A DNA stretch of 64,000 nucleotides. Source: Catajapyx aquilonaris (lineage: Eukaryota). A program made the position numbers and the translations under genes. This document shows, one piece after another, positions 26,708 through 41,700 of the stretch. The first letter of the stretch is position 1. Every line of letters starts with the position of its first letter. The stretch is from positions 1 through 64,000 of the forward strand of contig KZ538371.1 in assembly GCA_000934665.2 (NCBI GenBank), written 5' to 3'. Under the pieces are notes generated by a model, which did no database searches, was not told the DNA's origin, and saw nothing but the letters and a program-made list of their open reading frames with translations.

Positions 26708-29700
26708 NGATAATTTTAATCCAAAGTGTTAAGAAATGTTCCCAGCCTCGTAAAAATTACACGAGCATTTTCATGAGAAAATGAAAATTCATTTTGTAAC
26801 CTAAACTGCCTAGAGGGTACCAGCAATATTTACATGGATCGTGATGAATACTGCAATCACTTCAAAATGCTTATTACCCGGACCTAGGATCATGTATTAT
26901 AAACATCTTGGTTCCTGAACGGTCAAGTAGAGCACCGGTTTCAGACGGACCTGATTCAAAATGTAACTAGATCGCATAAAATCTGCACACATTTTCTGGG
27001 GTGAGATCCTCCACTTACCATCTTAAGACGATTTTAAAATTTAACGCCCATTTTTTAAAACATTAAGCAGGGTGGTGCACAACCCATGTCACCAGTTCAA
27101 GAGAGGATTCCAGACAATCACAACCAACGTGGAAAGATGCAAACAAATATTACGCTAACACTAATTGACGACATAAAAATAACACAGACAGTCCCTCTAC
27201 TTTCCCGGGGAATTTGGATGACAAACGAAGAAAGTTCTGTGTACAATTCAGATCCCTCGGAAACTGAAAAAAAAAGGAAAGGTAAAAACGGAAGGGTTTA
27301 AAAAGTAGCGTGCTAAATACACGTTTGGCACGTCCTATTCGATTAGTCCTGGCTCTACAAACCCTTTTTTTGAATGAGACTCTCACTTTTTTCCCCAATT
27401 TATATCGGCCTATCGTCACGTCTAGTAAGGATAGTAGCCCAGCAGCATATCGGCTGATTATCCTTTGTCTAGAACCAAGTTTCACTTGTGAGAAGTCTGA
27501 GATTTTTCTCCGCGATTGTAAACGAATTCACAGCACGAGAGAAAATTCCTTTCAATAATTTATAATATGCAAATATTTTGTAACGTGTAAATGGTGAGTA
27601 TTAACGTTTCAAACCACGCAATTTCATCGCCTTACCCTTAATATAGCGCAGGACTGCAATTTTTCGCGATTGCTGATGAGAATATGTCGGACCGGATGTT
27701 TCTAAAATTTGATATCATTTTACACTGACCTTATGACATTAGTTGTGTCGAAAGTGTGTCTCCGATTTATGTGTAGTTAGTCCACATTTCAGGGCTCATC
27801 AAACTTAAACCGGTCTACATTATATATAAAAAAAGAACAAATGAACCAGCAAATAATAGTAATTACTCCTACTCATAATTCGCCTTGAACTACTTTTGCA
27901 TACTATTGACTTCTATCTCTCATCAAGCGGAAATTATAAATACCAACCACCCTTATTCTCGAAACAAAGTTAGCCTTCTCTCGACACGAAATGTGCAGCA
28001 ATCACATTTCCTATGCCATGAGATAGCTCCGATTGGGCAAAGATGGAGTCCAGAAACCACACCCTGAACTTTCACAAAAGCCAAGGCAGATCGGCAATTA
28101 GGCCACATGAACAGAATATGGAGGAAATGGGATGAGTAGTGTTAAGGGGGGTGGATGAAATAAAATAAAAAAATGAGAGAAAAAAAAGGAGCCCTGGAAG
28201 GAGCATGGAAGGAGGGTGGGGGGAGATGATGACCCTCTGCCAACATAGGCAGAACACCATTTGTCGAGTGTGTGTTGGCCAAGTAGGACGTGTTCGCTTC
28301 ATAAGGAACTCTACTTGCAAGGTATGTGCAAAATAGTTATACGAATCCGGATGTTTTATTTCCTCGATATAAATCGAAGCTAATGTATTCTGATCATTTT
28401 TATATCGATTGTTACGAGTGGGGTTAGATATTTTGCATTACAAGTGACAGTTTATTCATACTTGCAGTGTGGAGGCCATGCACGACCTATAAGTACTGCA
28501 AGGTCATGTACCAAATTTGCATGGGATGTCTGTTTGAAGTGCTATAATATCCGTGTAACATTACGTTGAATTTAATATTGCCGTATATCACTGGATTAAC
28601 TGTCGGAACGTCACATACAGGTTAATGACGTCGGAAAAGTAGCGGGTTTGTTGTATGACGTAAAGAACGGATACAGATTCTAATAATTCGCCGCAAAAAC
28701 TATTCTTCCGTTGGGATTTGTGTGCAGTTACAATGATAAACTTTTCAAAAACATTTTTGCAATGCAATATTTAAAAACCATCTTAAAATACTGGTGTCAA
28801 ATAATTTCGCAAAAATTATTTTCATCAAAACGGTGTGATTCTGCAATAATGACTAATCCGCATTAACCAAACCACAATGTTTATATCCACATCCATGCTT
28901 GTGCAGAAGTAAGACTTCCAATGCTCAGACACCAGTTGACACGTGTGTACATTAATGCGTCCTGCTGCTTAAAAAAAAGACATACACAGACCCAGAAACG
29001 ACCTTGCGTGACTGACACTGACCAACTGAAATTTCTAAGCCTTTCTGCGCAAGCACGACATGTGGACAGTATTCAAGGGCATGCTAATTATACTGAAAAT
29101 AGGAATTGTGTGCGTTTTTTTATTACGCAACAAAAACGGACAATCTCCAAATTTTGCCTTAATCGCACGTTACATCAGATATGACTAAACATTACCCTTA
29201 CTACAAGGTAACTGACCGAGATGTGCACGACAATATATAGCACCGCAATTTAGTTCCCAATAATAATTATTAAAACAATTACACTTCCAAATTATTAAAT
29301 AACAAAGGCCATTGTGCTCGTGCTAACATTTCAGCCACCCTGCATGCGAACCCAATGGCAGTAAACAACTTCCTGATCTTGTACCCGAAAAAAATATATA
29401 TGTAATTTGGCACGAGCTCTTATCCTCGATTAGGTCAGTACGCCCATACGCGTGCAAAAACTCCTTTTCCTGATTTTCACTGTCAATATGACCCCCNCCC
29501 CCCCCCACCAAAAAAAAATGCAAACAGGCGCGACATAGGTAACATCACCGTCAAAATAGTACCCGCTTCTATTCGGCACCTGTCGTAAATTCGTAGCCTC
29601 CCGCCTAGCAAAAATTTATCACTTAGCAGCTTTTACTTTTCTTGATGACAGAGCTGGAGAAACGTGGTTTTCCAATGGCGAGAGCGTGCGTTTCTCAGAG

Positions 29701-30218
29701 GAGCTGAGGTCAGGCACGTTTGCAAGATTTGAGACGACTTGGAAGAATGCGATTCGTATATAGAGATGTGGTGAAAATATTTTGTGGACAAAAATTTGTG
29801 GTGTCCGAAGAGGATTTTCAAATTGGACTTTTCGAGTGACTGATCACTTGCACTTTCGCCGGTCGACCGACAAACTCAAATGGCAGATCGATCGGCATAT
29901 CTGAATCTGATCGGTTTTCACGCGTTTGTTTTTGCATGGTGCAATGACTTCGTGCGGGGAAAAAAAATCGGATTTTTTAAATTCTCTGATGGTGCACCAA
30001 AATAGGTCACTTTTCAATTCAGATCGGATTTTTTGTGTGTGTAAGTACAGGTGCTACGGTTAATATGGCGTGTCAGGAGAAAGTAATATTGCGACCAATT
30101 TATTACAGATAAACTTGACGGCACAAAGGCTTTGTAACAACAAAGATCCTAAGTGCACTCATTAAAAGTCGCATATACTGCGGTTGTGTATTTCGCTTCG
30201 TTTTGCAGTTCTGTTTAT

Positions 30219-30596
30219 CAGTGTCATTCGCTGTGGGATTTCAATAAAACATACCTTGTGGTGGAAGAAAACTGTTGACTCAATGTGCAGATCAAGTCTC
30301 TTGAAGCAATTGGCCGCAGTTACTTGTTCAAAGACTCGTACGTCTGCAAATGTAAGATTATACTGAAGTTATGATAAGTTTTTAAATCAGTTTTTAAGAA
30401 ATTATGTTCGTCCCAGTGTCATTCGCTGTGTGATCTCAGTAAAATATACCGTGCCTTTTGGTAGAAGAAAAAAAAAAAAAGTTGGCTCAGCATGGAAGTA
30501 AAGTCTGTTGAGGTAATCGGCCGTAGTTCCTCGGCTCAATGGCTATCAAGCTCTGCCTAAGTAAGAAATACTACAGTTACTATAAGACGTTTAAAA
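30219..30596 (+). repeat. Diverged tandem duplication, ~195-bp period
   Basis: Both copies start CAGTGTCATTCGCTGTG (30219, 30414) and stay collinear to ...ATAAG..TTTAAA. Confidence 0.75.
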
Positions 30597-32468
30597 AAAA
30601 CTGACGTAACCACCCATAAACTAGTTATACTGATGTCTGTAAAACCACTGGTATAATAACTAAACATTAGAACCTGCTTTAGGCTAATTGGATCTCGTCA
30701 CAAACAACTTAATTGTTTATAGTCTCTATTATGTCATAATTTACACACCTAGAACTCAGTAAAAAATTATAAAGAATATTCCATCTGAGAGGGATAGCCG
30801 GACTATTGCCCATTTTTATTTGAAAGCCAGCTTCCACTCTGAATATTTGAACCGAATCGACCAAACACATATTGTACCTGCCCACAGCAGTACTAACAAG
30901 TTAACTGGTACAGTGAAATCTGTACACAGCTGAATCGCTTCATTCCGCAAAAATTCTCCGTGATAGTCTCCGCTAAACTCAGGGTCAGCCATATGCAGGT
31001 CTCGCTGTATTAGACATTTAAAGCAAATTATGTAAAATTATTCCGCATGATTACATGCCAATATCAAACCGTAATATTGACCAATATTACATGACTGTAA
31101 CTCCCAGCTGTCCCCTCTCCCCTGCGCGCATATTCATCATTCCCATTCAAATGGTATGTACAGCAGAACGTCTACTTAATGCACTGCAAATATGCTTCTG
31201 CGCATACCCAACCTCCTTTAAAAATATTTATCTCGTTTATCTGAGTCATCAAAGCTCAAATAAAAAAATTTAGAAGTAGGTTACACAATTCCTTCAGGTT
31301 CCTCGACCTCTTCCACTCCCATCCGAAGGTCAAAGTGCAGCACTAGTGTCTTCCTACGATCTTCCTTTCAACGCAAAACGCCCAACATAATTTCCATACA
31401 TTGCAGCACAATTTGGCAGACATACGGAAATGCAGTATGACCTTAAAAGCTGCACTGCAGACCTAATCGCCAGTCACGCGCGGCCATGTCCTCCGTCGAA
31501 GGTCATGAACGACGCCAATATTGTACCTTTCTTATCCACCACGCCCACCTTCGAGTTGCAAAGAGTACCACGAAACAATTCCCCCACCTCCCTCAAGTAC
31601 CATAGTCTTTCTTCCGTGAGTTCAACCGGAATGGCAATCAACGGCAACGGTTCTGATGCAGGCGAAATACCGGTTATTTCGACCCGGATAATCGCCCAGA
31701 AATAACATGGCTGCCACATCACTCAGGCTCTTAAGAACCTCCGCAGCAAAAACAACAAAAAAAGAGGTGTACAATATGTGACAAATGAATTTACGCATTA
31801 GAAAGTGATTTGAGACAACTTTGCCGCTGCAAATGGTCCTATTTGCATAGAAAGTCGGAGAAAGAGAGAGAAAAAAAAATGTAAACAACAATTAGGAACG
31901 ACCTGAGAGGCGGAAATGACAAGTGTGCAAGGGTAAGGAGAATCCCGTAGACAGGAATTGTCTTAGTGTCCCCTAAGTCGTATATACAGTTATGTATTTT
32001 TTTTTGTGAGTCCCTCCGGTTTATTTGTCTTCCGGCCTTGCCCTCCCTTCGCCTCGCCGCGTTTCAACTCCGCACACGTACTGCTGGTGGGATGGTTGAA
32101 CTCTTCAAGTGCAAGGACACGATCCTTCTCCATACCACGCTTGCAGTCTCCCACACAGCTTGCCATCTAGGTCAGCATCACTTTGCCTAAATAGGCGAGC
32201 ATGTGACCTACCGGTTCTAATGTGTTCAGAATTTCAGTATTTTTGGTAACAATTGCAACTAATTGAATTATTACCATTGATGCTTCTCTATAGCAGTAGT
32301 GTGCTCTTTCTTCGTGTTCGCGGGGTCATGTGAAAAGGCAACCCGGAGTAGGTATTAGGAGGGTGCAATTGAGCCCCAATAAAGTTGGGTAATGTTTTGT
32401 GCAAACGTTATGGCAGTTGCACGTGTGTGAAAAATAAGAGTGGAGCATGTTCAGCAAAAGTGGCATTT

Positions 32469-32678
32469 AGAATTTGCGACATGTCGCTGTTGAGATGTGG
32501 TAACGGACTTCCTGAACTAGATGTACTGACCAACAACCTCTCTAAATGTCAGATTTCTATGAACTATAAATTGGGTAATCATAGAAATCTGACATTTAGA
32601 GAGGTTGTTGGTCAGTACATCGAGTTCAGGAAGGTCGTGGCTCGTACCACATCTCAATAGCGACATGTCGCAAATTCT
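32469..32678. repeat. Foldback palindrome (MITE-like)
   Basis: ~95-bp near-perfect inverted arms (AGAATTTGCGACATGTCGC.../...GCGACATGTCGCAAATTCT) around an ~18-nt spacer. Confidence 0.85.
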
Positions 32679-35600
32679 CATTAGAATAACTATAAACTGG
32701 GTAATAAAGTCATTGGGTCTCTCATAAACAACGCCAATATAACTGGAACTATTGAACCAATCAATCACCCCGTCACCGCAGATTGTACGGCACCATGAAA
32801 GTCAAAGGTAATGCGTGACGCGAGCCTCCTGTCACAAATATAATGGTCTATGAACGACCTCTTCATGTGTGTTGTGGCAAAATGAGTGACACTATGTGGT
32901 GATTATCCCTCGTACCCCACGTCACACATGCCCCGAGGCCACATTTACCCCCTTTACCTCGTGTTAGACGTCTAGGCCGCCTAGACAAATGAGATGCTGA
33001 GAACCACCAGACAATATTATTACAAATACGTTGGGCCTACCCATGCAAACCGGGAAAAGCACGGCACACGCTGCGTGTACCACTTATTACGCTGAAAAAT
33101 GTTGTCTGTAATATTTGGTCGACACCTTTACTGCCCTGATATTAATCTTTTAAGATTTTCCTCGGCGGTAGGAATTTTAAAAATCTGGAGGTGCCGGAAG
33201 ATTTCTTTGCTTCAGGAAGTATTTCGATGTAATTAAACTTCGAGCATTCATCTATTACAACCATACATGCGCATACATCATGTAGACAAGTTCCGCTACC
33301 TTTGCAAAAAGAAATTCCTTCCCGACACTATTGTGATTCCCCAACAGGTTTGCCCCTAGTTCTGCAAACAAGAGGTATACCGGTACAGTCTGCATTTTTC
33401 AGACGTTCGTTCATGCAAAGCAGCATCTGGTCAGTGTGGTCTGAATACCCTGGATCGCCCTATTTCCAGGGCTCCGGATGGCACGGCAAGAGGAGGAGGG
33501 AAGGATGGTGTGTCCTCAAAACACACTCAGGATCTTGTATTCGATATCATACACGTACCCGCAAGCCGTCATGCGCGACCTCGCCCTTCACCTGCTAGGA
33601 AGATTTTCGCACAATCTGTTCGCACGTTCGGATGATTAGCATATTTTGCATATGTGCAATTAAATGTACCGCTTCTGAGGAATTCGAAGGCTCTTGGCGA
33701 CAGTGTGAGAGATATCGAGACCTTTTAAGACCTCATTTCAGATAATTCAACCCTAATTTATATTGTGGATGTACGAAGATCTGGCATATTTATTGCTTTC
33801 TCTGTGACGATGTTGGCGATGAAGGGACAGTAAAATCGTCGAAAGTGGTTTCTTCCTCATACACCAGTGCAAAAGTCTGGTCAAAGTAGACCACTCGTCC
33901 CATGACCATATTTGCAAATCATGCCTATTCACACTTCCGGTTCCAATAATAACATGGAAGTCATAGTCGTAGGCCTACTGTACAGTAGACCAACTATCCT
34001 GGCAAAACTGTCGTATTTTAAATACACATAAGTTGTCTACACCTGAAGACCCTCCCTTTTTAATAAGCAGCAGGACTTGTCAACGATATGTTGGTGAAGA
34101 ACACACTCCACATTACGCAATGAACTTTCACAAAGTGAAGCACACTCCATAGATGGAACCGATAGCGTCTCTTTGCATTATATTACGACCATCTGCTTGG
34201 GTGATTGCTAAATGACGTCCGCTTCAGTCTTGTTAGACCGATAACGACAGCAAATCTAGTTCTGCCTTGCTCTCTCTTGGAAGTTGGCTTTAATGAGAAT
34301 ACCATTATCGTGCACGTCATATACGTACAAGTCGTACTGGAAAAATACGTAGCTAAAGAATTTAATTTCCTGGATGAAGAAAATACGCCGGGGTGTAATG
34401 TCTGTAATGTGAAAAACAGTAAGGTGCTGATTTTTTCCCCCCAACTATGTCCAAATCACTGCTGCACGACCTGTCGACAATTTATTACAGCGAGTACTTC
34501 TCGTTCACAACAGACCGGGTGGGTCACATAATCTCTTACAACTGTTCAAATGAATTTTGTAACAATTGTAACTAATGGATGTCAGTAACGTGAATAACTA
34601 CAATGCACAAGATATGATTCCTATGGTTGGTACAGTAAGCCTATACAATAATTTTAAACACAATTTCTGCTGATGACCATTTACGAACAATGTGTACCTC
34701 CAACACGACATTAAGTGATGAAATTCCTACCAGTTGCGAGAAATTTCCCGATTCACTCTGCATAATGAGACTTTTAGCGTCACCATATTATGCCCTTGTC
34801 AAATTCACATGGAACGCATGCATTGTCTCACTAAGCACTTATTTATTCCCACCCAACCCAAGAAGTATGGTGAGATTTTCAGTTTGAGACAAAGGGTGCA
34901 TGATGAGAGCCTTGTCCAGCTCTCCAGTACAAGAAATATGGCTAAGCCACCTAAAAACTGTCACTTAGCGAGTAACAATCCTAATTTTGCAAACAACAGC
35001 AGAAACAAAATTGTAGCATGTCATTACGGCAACATATTATCACAGCAGTACCACACTTTCCCGTCATGACTTGTTAAAAAGTCGAAGCAAAGCACCTCAT
35101 ATCAGCTGGTGCACCGATCCGAGACTCCCCAACCGTAATTAAGTTTCAGAAAAAAAAAAGTATACACAACTCCACCCGGTAAAGGAAGCTGATCATCCGG
35201 ACACCAAACAAAACTCCACGTCATATAAGCTTCTACATTATTCAGTATGTGAAGGTGTGGGCTATTCACAAAATTTTCTAGTCATTTCCTTCAAGCATGT
35301 ACATTCGGCAGACATACCAGGAAGGTGTCAAAAATCATGACCATAACATCAGATAATCATATGCTAATATCCATCATTTCACTATTCGCAAACTGAGAGC
35401 CCACCTTTCTCCCTTTAATTTCAGAAACGTATTCTGTGGAGGATCCTTTGATCACCAAAGTTGACCAGCACCTGCATAAGAAAAACATTGGCTGTTCCAC
35501 TGACCCCATGCACGCCTCGCCGACTTTCAAATCCAGCCCGTCATCCTCCTCGCTTAGACTTGGAACAACGTGACATGGCCGGCTACTAACCACTTCTTTT

Positions 35601-35742
35601 TTTTTTTCAAGAAGAAAAAAAAAACTTTTGACGAAGTGCCTCGTGGAGGATTGCACATGTGCTGGCCAAAAGTCTAAAATAAGACGATTGTTTTGGTGAC
35701 AACGAGAGGGACCAAAACAAGAGGGACTCCGACCGCAGTTGG

Positions 35743-38700
35743 ATGGCCTACAAGAAGAGTTCCTATTTGCCCGTCATGATGCGTCACTATTTCCCCAAGC
35801 GGTAAGTGTCTTAAGTAATTTCTCGAATGAACCGCTACGAAGTTTTTTTTTCCTCTTCCTCGGCTATGTTCATAAAAATGTATACCCTGAGGAGTACAAC
35901 GGGACTGGCGTTACCACGAGTTTCACCCAGACTCGTTAATTTATTTGCTCTTTGTTCGATGCCAAATCTGGCGTAATTTCTACCCAATTTATGTTTACTA
36001 TTGCAAGGTCCATTGCAATCACCCGTAACATATATACGTGTGCCAAAAGTGTTACCGCAACAGACTTCCGGCCTAGTTTTACAATCGACCTTGACACCGG
36101 TTACTGACTCCTTCCCACCTTCCTGCATGGTGGGTTCAGCTCAAGGTGGGTACTGGCTAAGGTCACCTGTGTGTGGCCTCTGAAAGAAATCAATCCTTAC
36201 CAGTAGGATCTGGAGGGAAATTCTCGCGTGCTCTTTTCTGACACATCCTACGTGGCGTAATGGCTTACACTGAACCCATATGACCTAAGCCGGACTACTG
36301 GAACCCATGGACTACTTTGAAACTGAACGAACAAGTACAGATGGGTGGATGAGATAGCTATCATGAGCCCCCACGTGTTATTCGTCTTATTTTTGAGGAT
36401 GGTCACAGACGAAACAATAAACACTATTTTTTTAAAAAAACATTGGAGCAATAATATTATAATGTGAATAATTCTCCTGAAATATTTCTGAACATATTAC
36501 TATAACTTTCATAAAACCATGTGACGTCAGCTGAAGGGGTGTGATTTTAAAAATTAATATGTGCGCTAAATAAGCAGTTCATGAGATATTTGCAGTTCAT
36601 CTTGCAAAACCCACATCTCAATTACTAATATCTGAATTTCAGTAACAGTCACAAACAAGTACTTAAAGTTGGAAAATACATATAAAAAGTATAGAGGGAA
36701 ACGACGTAAGCTAATTAGAGGAATGACAATAATAAACTAAAAACTGTAGAGAAAGTTCACTCTTCCGTCGCGAACTTGTGCATGTCAGACTTGTTATGGA
36801 CTACCCATTCTGAATTGCCGGCTAGACTGTGGGATCACACCATTATCAACAAAACAATCAAACTCGCATAATTTTCGCACCGACCTTCTCGTCGTAAAAG
36901 ATTACATCCTTTTGTTTACAACCTAAGTCTGCGCGTTAGGGTACACTGCATCACCTAAAATTTTGCCTAGTGAGATTGCAAATATGAAATCTAAAGTCAA
37001 TAGCAATTCCCTAGTAGGTTTGTCATGCATGGTGTCAACCTCAAAAATATTACAAATGTGTGGGTTTAGGCTCCTGGTGGGTTGAAGACCCTTAATTGAT
37101 GCACTTGTTTGATCCTAGGTTTTCCGCTCTGATAAGAAAGGATGCAAAGCTCGTTTCGCCTAAAATTTCCAGAACGAAGACGTCAGAAATGTGTGTCAAA
37201 ATGGTAATGTTACACGAAACTTCCCAAGCTATTCATATATACACATTGTTACGCACTACTTCCGCCGTCACGTTCGAAACATCCCAAAAAAAGGTATCAT
37301 TTGTCAAAAATATTCATGGCCTCTGAATTTGCTGACTGCTTCCAAAAGTACATTACGTCAGTACCTCTTGATATATACATAGACTAGTTGGAGGGGACAG
37401 TCGGAGTTTCTACAAAGAATAGTCACAACCCCTTTCACTCCTCACAGTGAATCAGTTATCATCATAAACCCAGTTTTCTCTTCCTCGATTCCGATGTTCT
37501 TGTCTCCTAGGCAATCGCACAGCAGTATGGTACTAATATGCAATATTTGTTCGAGTCATATATCACCTATAGGTACGTGCACATGCAAGGAACTTTCTAT
37601 TGACAGCCTCGTTTTCACGAGCCTCACTTATAAAGTAGTTAAGATTTCAAAAGTTTGGAGGGAAATTAGAGCGTGCCCATAAAAAAAGTTCGAACGTGTT
37701 AACGCTACGAGTCCTTCCATTGTCAATCGTATCCAGCTTTTTGCGAACGAGGAACAGCTCCAATAACCTTGGCAATTAGGATGCAAATTTACAGTGCATA
37801 GAAATTTACATTTAACAACAGGATCTGCTTCTTTTTATGGTCTTTCGACCAGCTGACAATTTACTACACTACTGTAACGGTCACCAATTTGTTACCTTGG
37901 GCTGAATTCGTTGTCGTAATAACCTCTGCATTGTTCGTTATGTAAGTGGTCAGCTGCATGACAGGTCATAAAAACGGACAACTCTGCTTTCAATTTTGAT
38001 ACGATATTAAATTTACAGCTACCGGAACTGTGTCGCCAAAACATCTGTACAAAATAGCCAAAAAAAACTTATAAAATCAGAAGAAATAATATTTTGACCT
38101 AACTTACTCAGAAACACAACTTTAATTACGTTTCATAAGCGCTCGATGTCCTCCAGTCCATACTTTGTTGTCCAGTACAGGGTTGTAGATTTATGACCGG
38201 CATCTGGTACATACAGTACATAATTTTCTTATTCGCTTGCGCACTAAAGTCACACTAACTAACCACCTACTGTATGAAGTCAATTAGAAACTTGAGCGGG
38301 TCATCTAATGCTAGATTGCACTACAGGTAATAACGGCAGATACGTATTTTTAAAATCCGCTAAAATCGCCGTTTTGGTTTTTTTTATAGAAACTGGTGGC
38401 ACAGAAAAGTAAAATACCTCGCACTTGTTCCAACATCGATGAGGTAGCTAGGTAGTCGCTCATCCTGATGAGGCAGTGCAACCCGCACGTCTTTGCGTAC
38501 ATCGTCAGTCTATTATTCAGGATGCAGCATATAATACATGTCCAAGAAAAAAATCTGACAAGATTATAACTTCCGTATGGTTTTCGGTGATAGTCACGTC
38601 GGAGATGCACGAGTGCTTTACTACTCCCACCAAAGATGTGTCGCCAGGTTAGGGGACGGAGGATAAAATACATCCGACCCAGTTGACATCACTTCAAACC

Positions 38701-41700
38701 AATATTTCGGATCAGACACTTATCAATCCAACATCCTTAATAATGATGGAAGTGTTTTTGGAGCAGGGCAACTGCCTAGGGGCCGGCCATCATGCACAAT
38801 CCCCACACCCACCCACTCACACCATTCTGTCATTAGAAGTCTGCTCTTTGCGGAACCCCGACACTTCCTAGCGGAACACACTTTGTAAACCGCTGGTGTG
38901 CATGATGGAACTGATCTCCCACCTGAGTTAATTGCACCGCTGAGGATTTGTGCCTGCATGGCTGGAAGGGATGTTCTGATACACGACATGTTCCTTACAT
39001 GCAAAAGCCAGCCACCAGCAGGCATCCCATGTTCAACTATGCCGTACAGTACATAGTAACTTCCTGTCTCCTTCCTTCCTTCCTTCCTGCAATGTGCAAG
39101 ATTCTCAAAAAAAAAAAACAATCTTGCGTGCTGATCTAGCAATTTAGCTTCAAACAACAACTGACAGGAGAGATTGCCTCGAAATAGTTGTGTTAGCTGC
39201 CTCTATCATCCGTCATTAAAATATTATTTGTATACACCCCTCCTTCCTGGAATGCTGAGGTGAAACTGACTTATGCGAAACAGGATTAGACCAAACGGGA
39301 ATTGGCAGAGAAAGCCCTGCTCTACTACTCGAATGGACCAGACTGGGCAAAAGAGAGGCCGTTGCACCTTGCACTTGCATAACTACGGTGCACATGAGGA
39401 AGCAAATTGAACGGCCTTGTGGTTACACCCACTCAAAAAAGATTCTGCCTCCCTTCCTCCCCAGTCCCTCTTTTCCCTTAGTCATACCTAGTGAGTTCTC
39501 AGTTTCCGACAAGCATGGCGAGTAGCCCTGAACTTCGCCCGCCCTTGTTGCTGACTACGCCATTTAAAATGAAAATGGCCAACTGTTGTTGTTTTTTTCT
39601 CGTCCCGCCTGAAGATGCGAGACTTCTGCCTGGTCACGTCACAATTTGAACGAAACATGAGGACACTTTAATTTTGGCATGCACGGCCTGCACAAGTCAA
39701 CTATTTTGACGCCTCGCGTCCAACTAACCCACATGGTGACAACTTAGAGGTGAATATCCTGCTTATTTTTAAACCTTGTCCTCAGAACTTGTAATGCATC
39801 CGGGCCTTTTGTTCTGTCCTATGCAATTCCGGTGTCAGCAGAATAAGTGGCACTACGAGGTGACACAAGAGAGCAAATCATGACCGGCCAGTGGTTATTC
39901 TTACCTACTTTTATTTTAACAGCTATGCCATTCAAGGTGTAACAGATGCGTCGTGCTTATCTATAACACATTCCATTTACGTTATAATTAGCGCTTTTGT
40001 TTTCCAACATGCATTGCTCCAAAACCACGCAATTTAATAACAAGTTCGTAGGAGGCCAAGGAAATAAGGGGATCGAAGTGCTCCTGTTGCATACACCCAA
40101 CGAATTCAATCAAAAATGACATAGGATAGTGGTGTGATTTATTGCCAGTGCATAGTTCCGTTATACTGCTCTCACGATTTCCTTTCATCCAGTTATGTCC
40201 CGGTGCATGAATTGCAGGATCTGATATGCTGGAGCTCATGCTCGAGCAGGCCTAATCGAACAAATATACCCAGTGGAAAGTGCAGTAAAACTGTAATATT
40301 GATAATATTGATTGAACAAGTAGCCTGTACACAACAAACCTTCACATCGCAAAATCATTCGACTTTGACTCCGATCGTTCTACGTGTCATGTCTTCAAAT
40401 ATAAAAGCCAGAATCAATTCCTTTTTAGCACATATACCTATTAATTTCAATATTTCTTTGCAGAGTGAGCGAAATCGTCGCCCTTCTATCACTGTCCACA
40501 ACTTTATTTCTCTTCATTCACACGAGGGATCTCAACGCCAGAATCCAGGAGATCGAAGAAAAGGCCTACACTGGTTACAGTTTCACAGGTGCAGTACCGC
40601 TATCTTGTTCCACACTACCATAACTGCGGTTGCTACTAACAGCCTTCGCAGGAGTAAGAATGGCGCGAAATTTTGACATTTAACAACAGGTGGTCGGACC
40701 AATTGGCTAGCAGAAACAATCCCACCATCTCTCGTTGAATGATATAACTTCAAAATACAGTAAAATAGAACCCGTAAACCATGATATACCTAACAATGCT
40801 TGTGAAGTTGGGTAAATTGGAAGCATGAGATGAAGGGTATATCATAACATTTCCAGTAGCTGTTTCACGAACCATTAATTTCAGGCACAAACAAAAATGA
40901 ACCTCAGGAAGACTGGTTGGTACGGAAGGCGTCACCTAGGTTGGCTTCCACTACCGCCAAATCTGTCCCGGTCGTTCGAGTAAGTCATTACTGATACCGT
41001 AGTGTCGACCAAAGCTCATGTCATACCACTTGCCACTTTGTGCTCTCATAGCTCAGCTGGTAGAGCAACAGCTACTTAAAAAGCTGGAGGTCCCGGGTTC
41101 GATTCCTGGTGAGAGCATTTGCTGGTTAAATGACGTGGAGGTCACAATTCAAGCTAAATAACTGCTTCCAAAAGCAGCCTAGGATAAAGCTACTTTGAAT
41201 CTGCCCTCATTTTCCTTGCCTCAGTTCTTAAAACCCGGCCGCCTTGAGTGATACATTTTTTTGATAACCCCCTTCGTTGTGGCAGCTGAGTGCATGGGAG
41301 TTGAACAACACCAGAAAGGCGGGCAAGGAGGTGCTCTTCTTCAACAGGGTGCCCAAAGTGGGCAGTCAGACAGCCATGGCCCTCCTCAAGTTCCTAGCCC
41401 AGAACAACGACTTCGCCTTCCATCGAGATCGTACTCAGAAAGTCGAGTACATCAAGCTCTCCTATGTCGAGCAGGTAAAGGTCGAGGCTACCAAGGTCAG
41501 CACTTTCTCCCTATTTTGTATTTGAACTCCTCTCTTCCTCATACCACCCCTTATGTGCAATTTACACGCGCGACTGATTCCGCGAGAACATGCTACTTCG
41601 ATCCCCGCCACACCCTTGACATTGTACTCGGATTACGTGCCATGCTGACGGTACTTACCGACATTTCGATACGACTTTGATTGCAGCAATATTATTAACG

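Noticed and set aside
31300..31722. Protein-like minus-strand ORF (IIRVEITG...)
   Set aside because: Interrupted by stops and not assignable; possibly a decayed TE or gene fragment.
34040..34200. PAN/apple-like Cys spacing (ECASLC...SCCLL) on the minus strand
   Set aside because: Short, bounded by stops, with no supporting exons.
38350..38673. TCGLHCL resembling a Polinton/adenain protease motif
   Set aside because: The upstream His and FDSxG motifs are absent and there are no other Polinton genes nearby.
41042..41117. Functional or suppressor (TTA) tRNA gene
   Set aside because: The anticodon loop is not 7 nt, so no anticodon can be assigned; kept only as tRNA-like.
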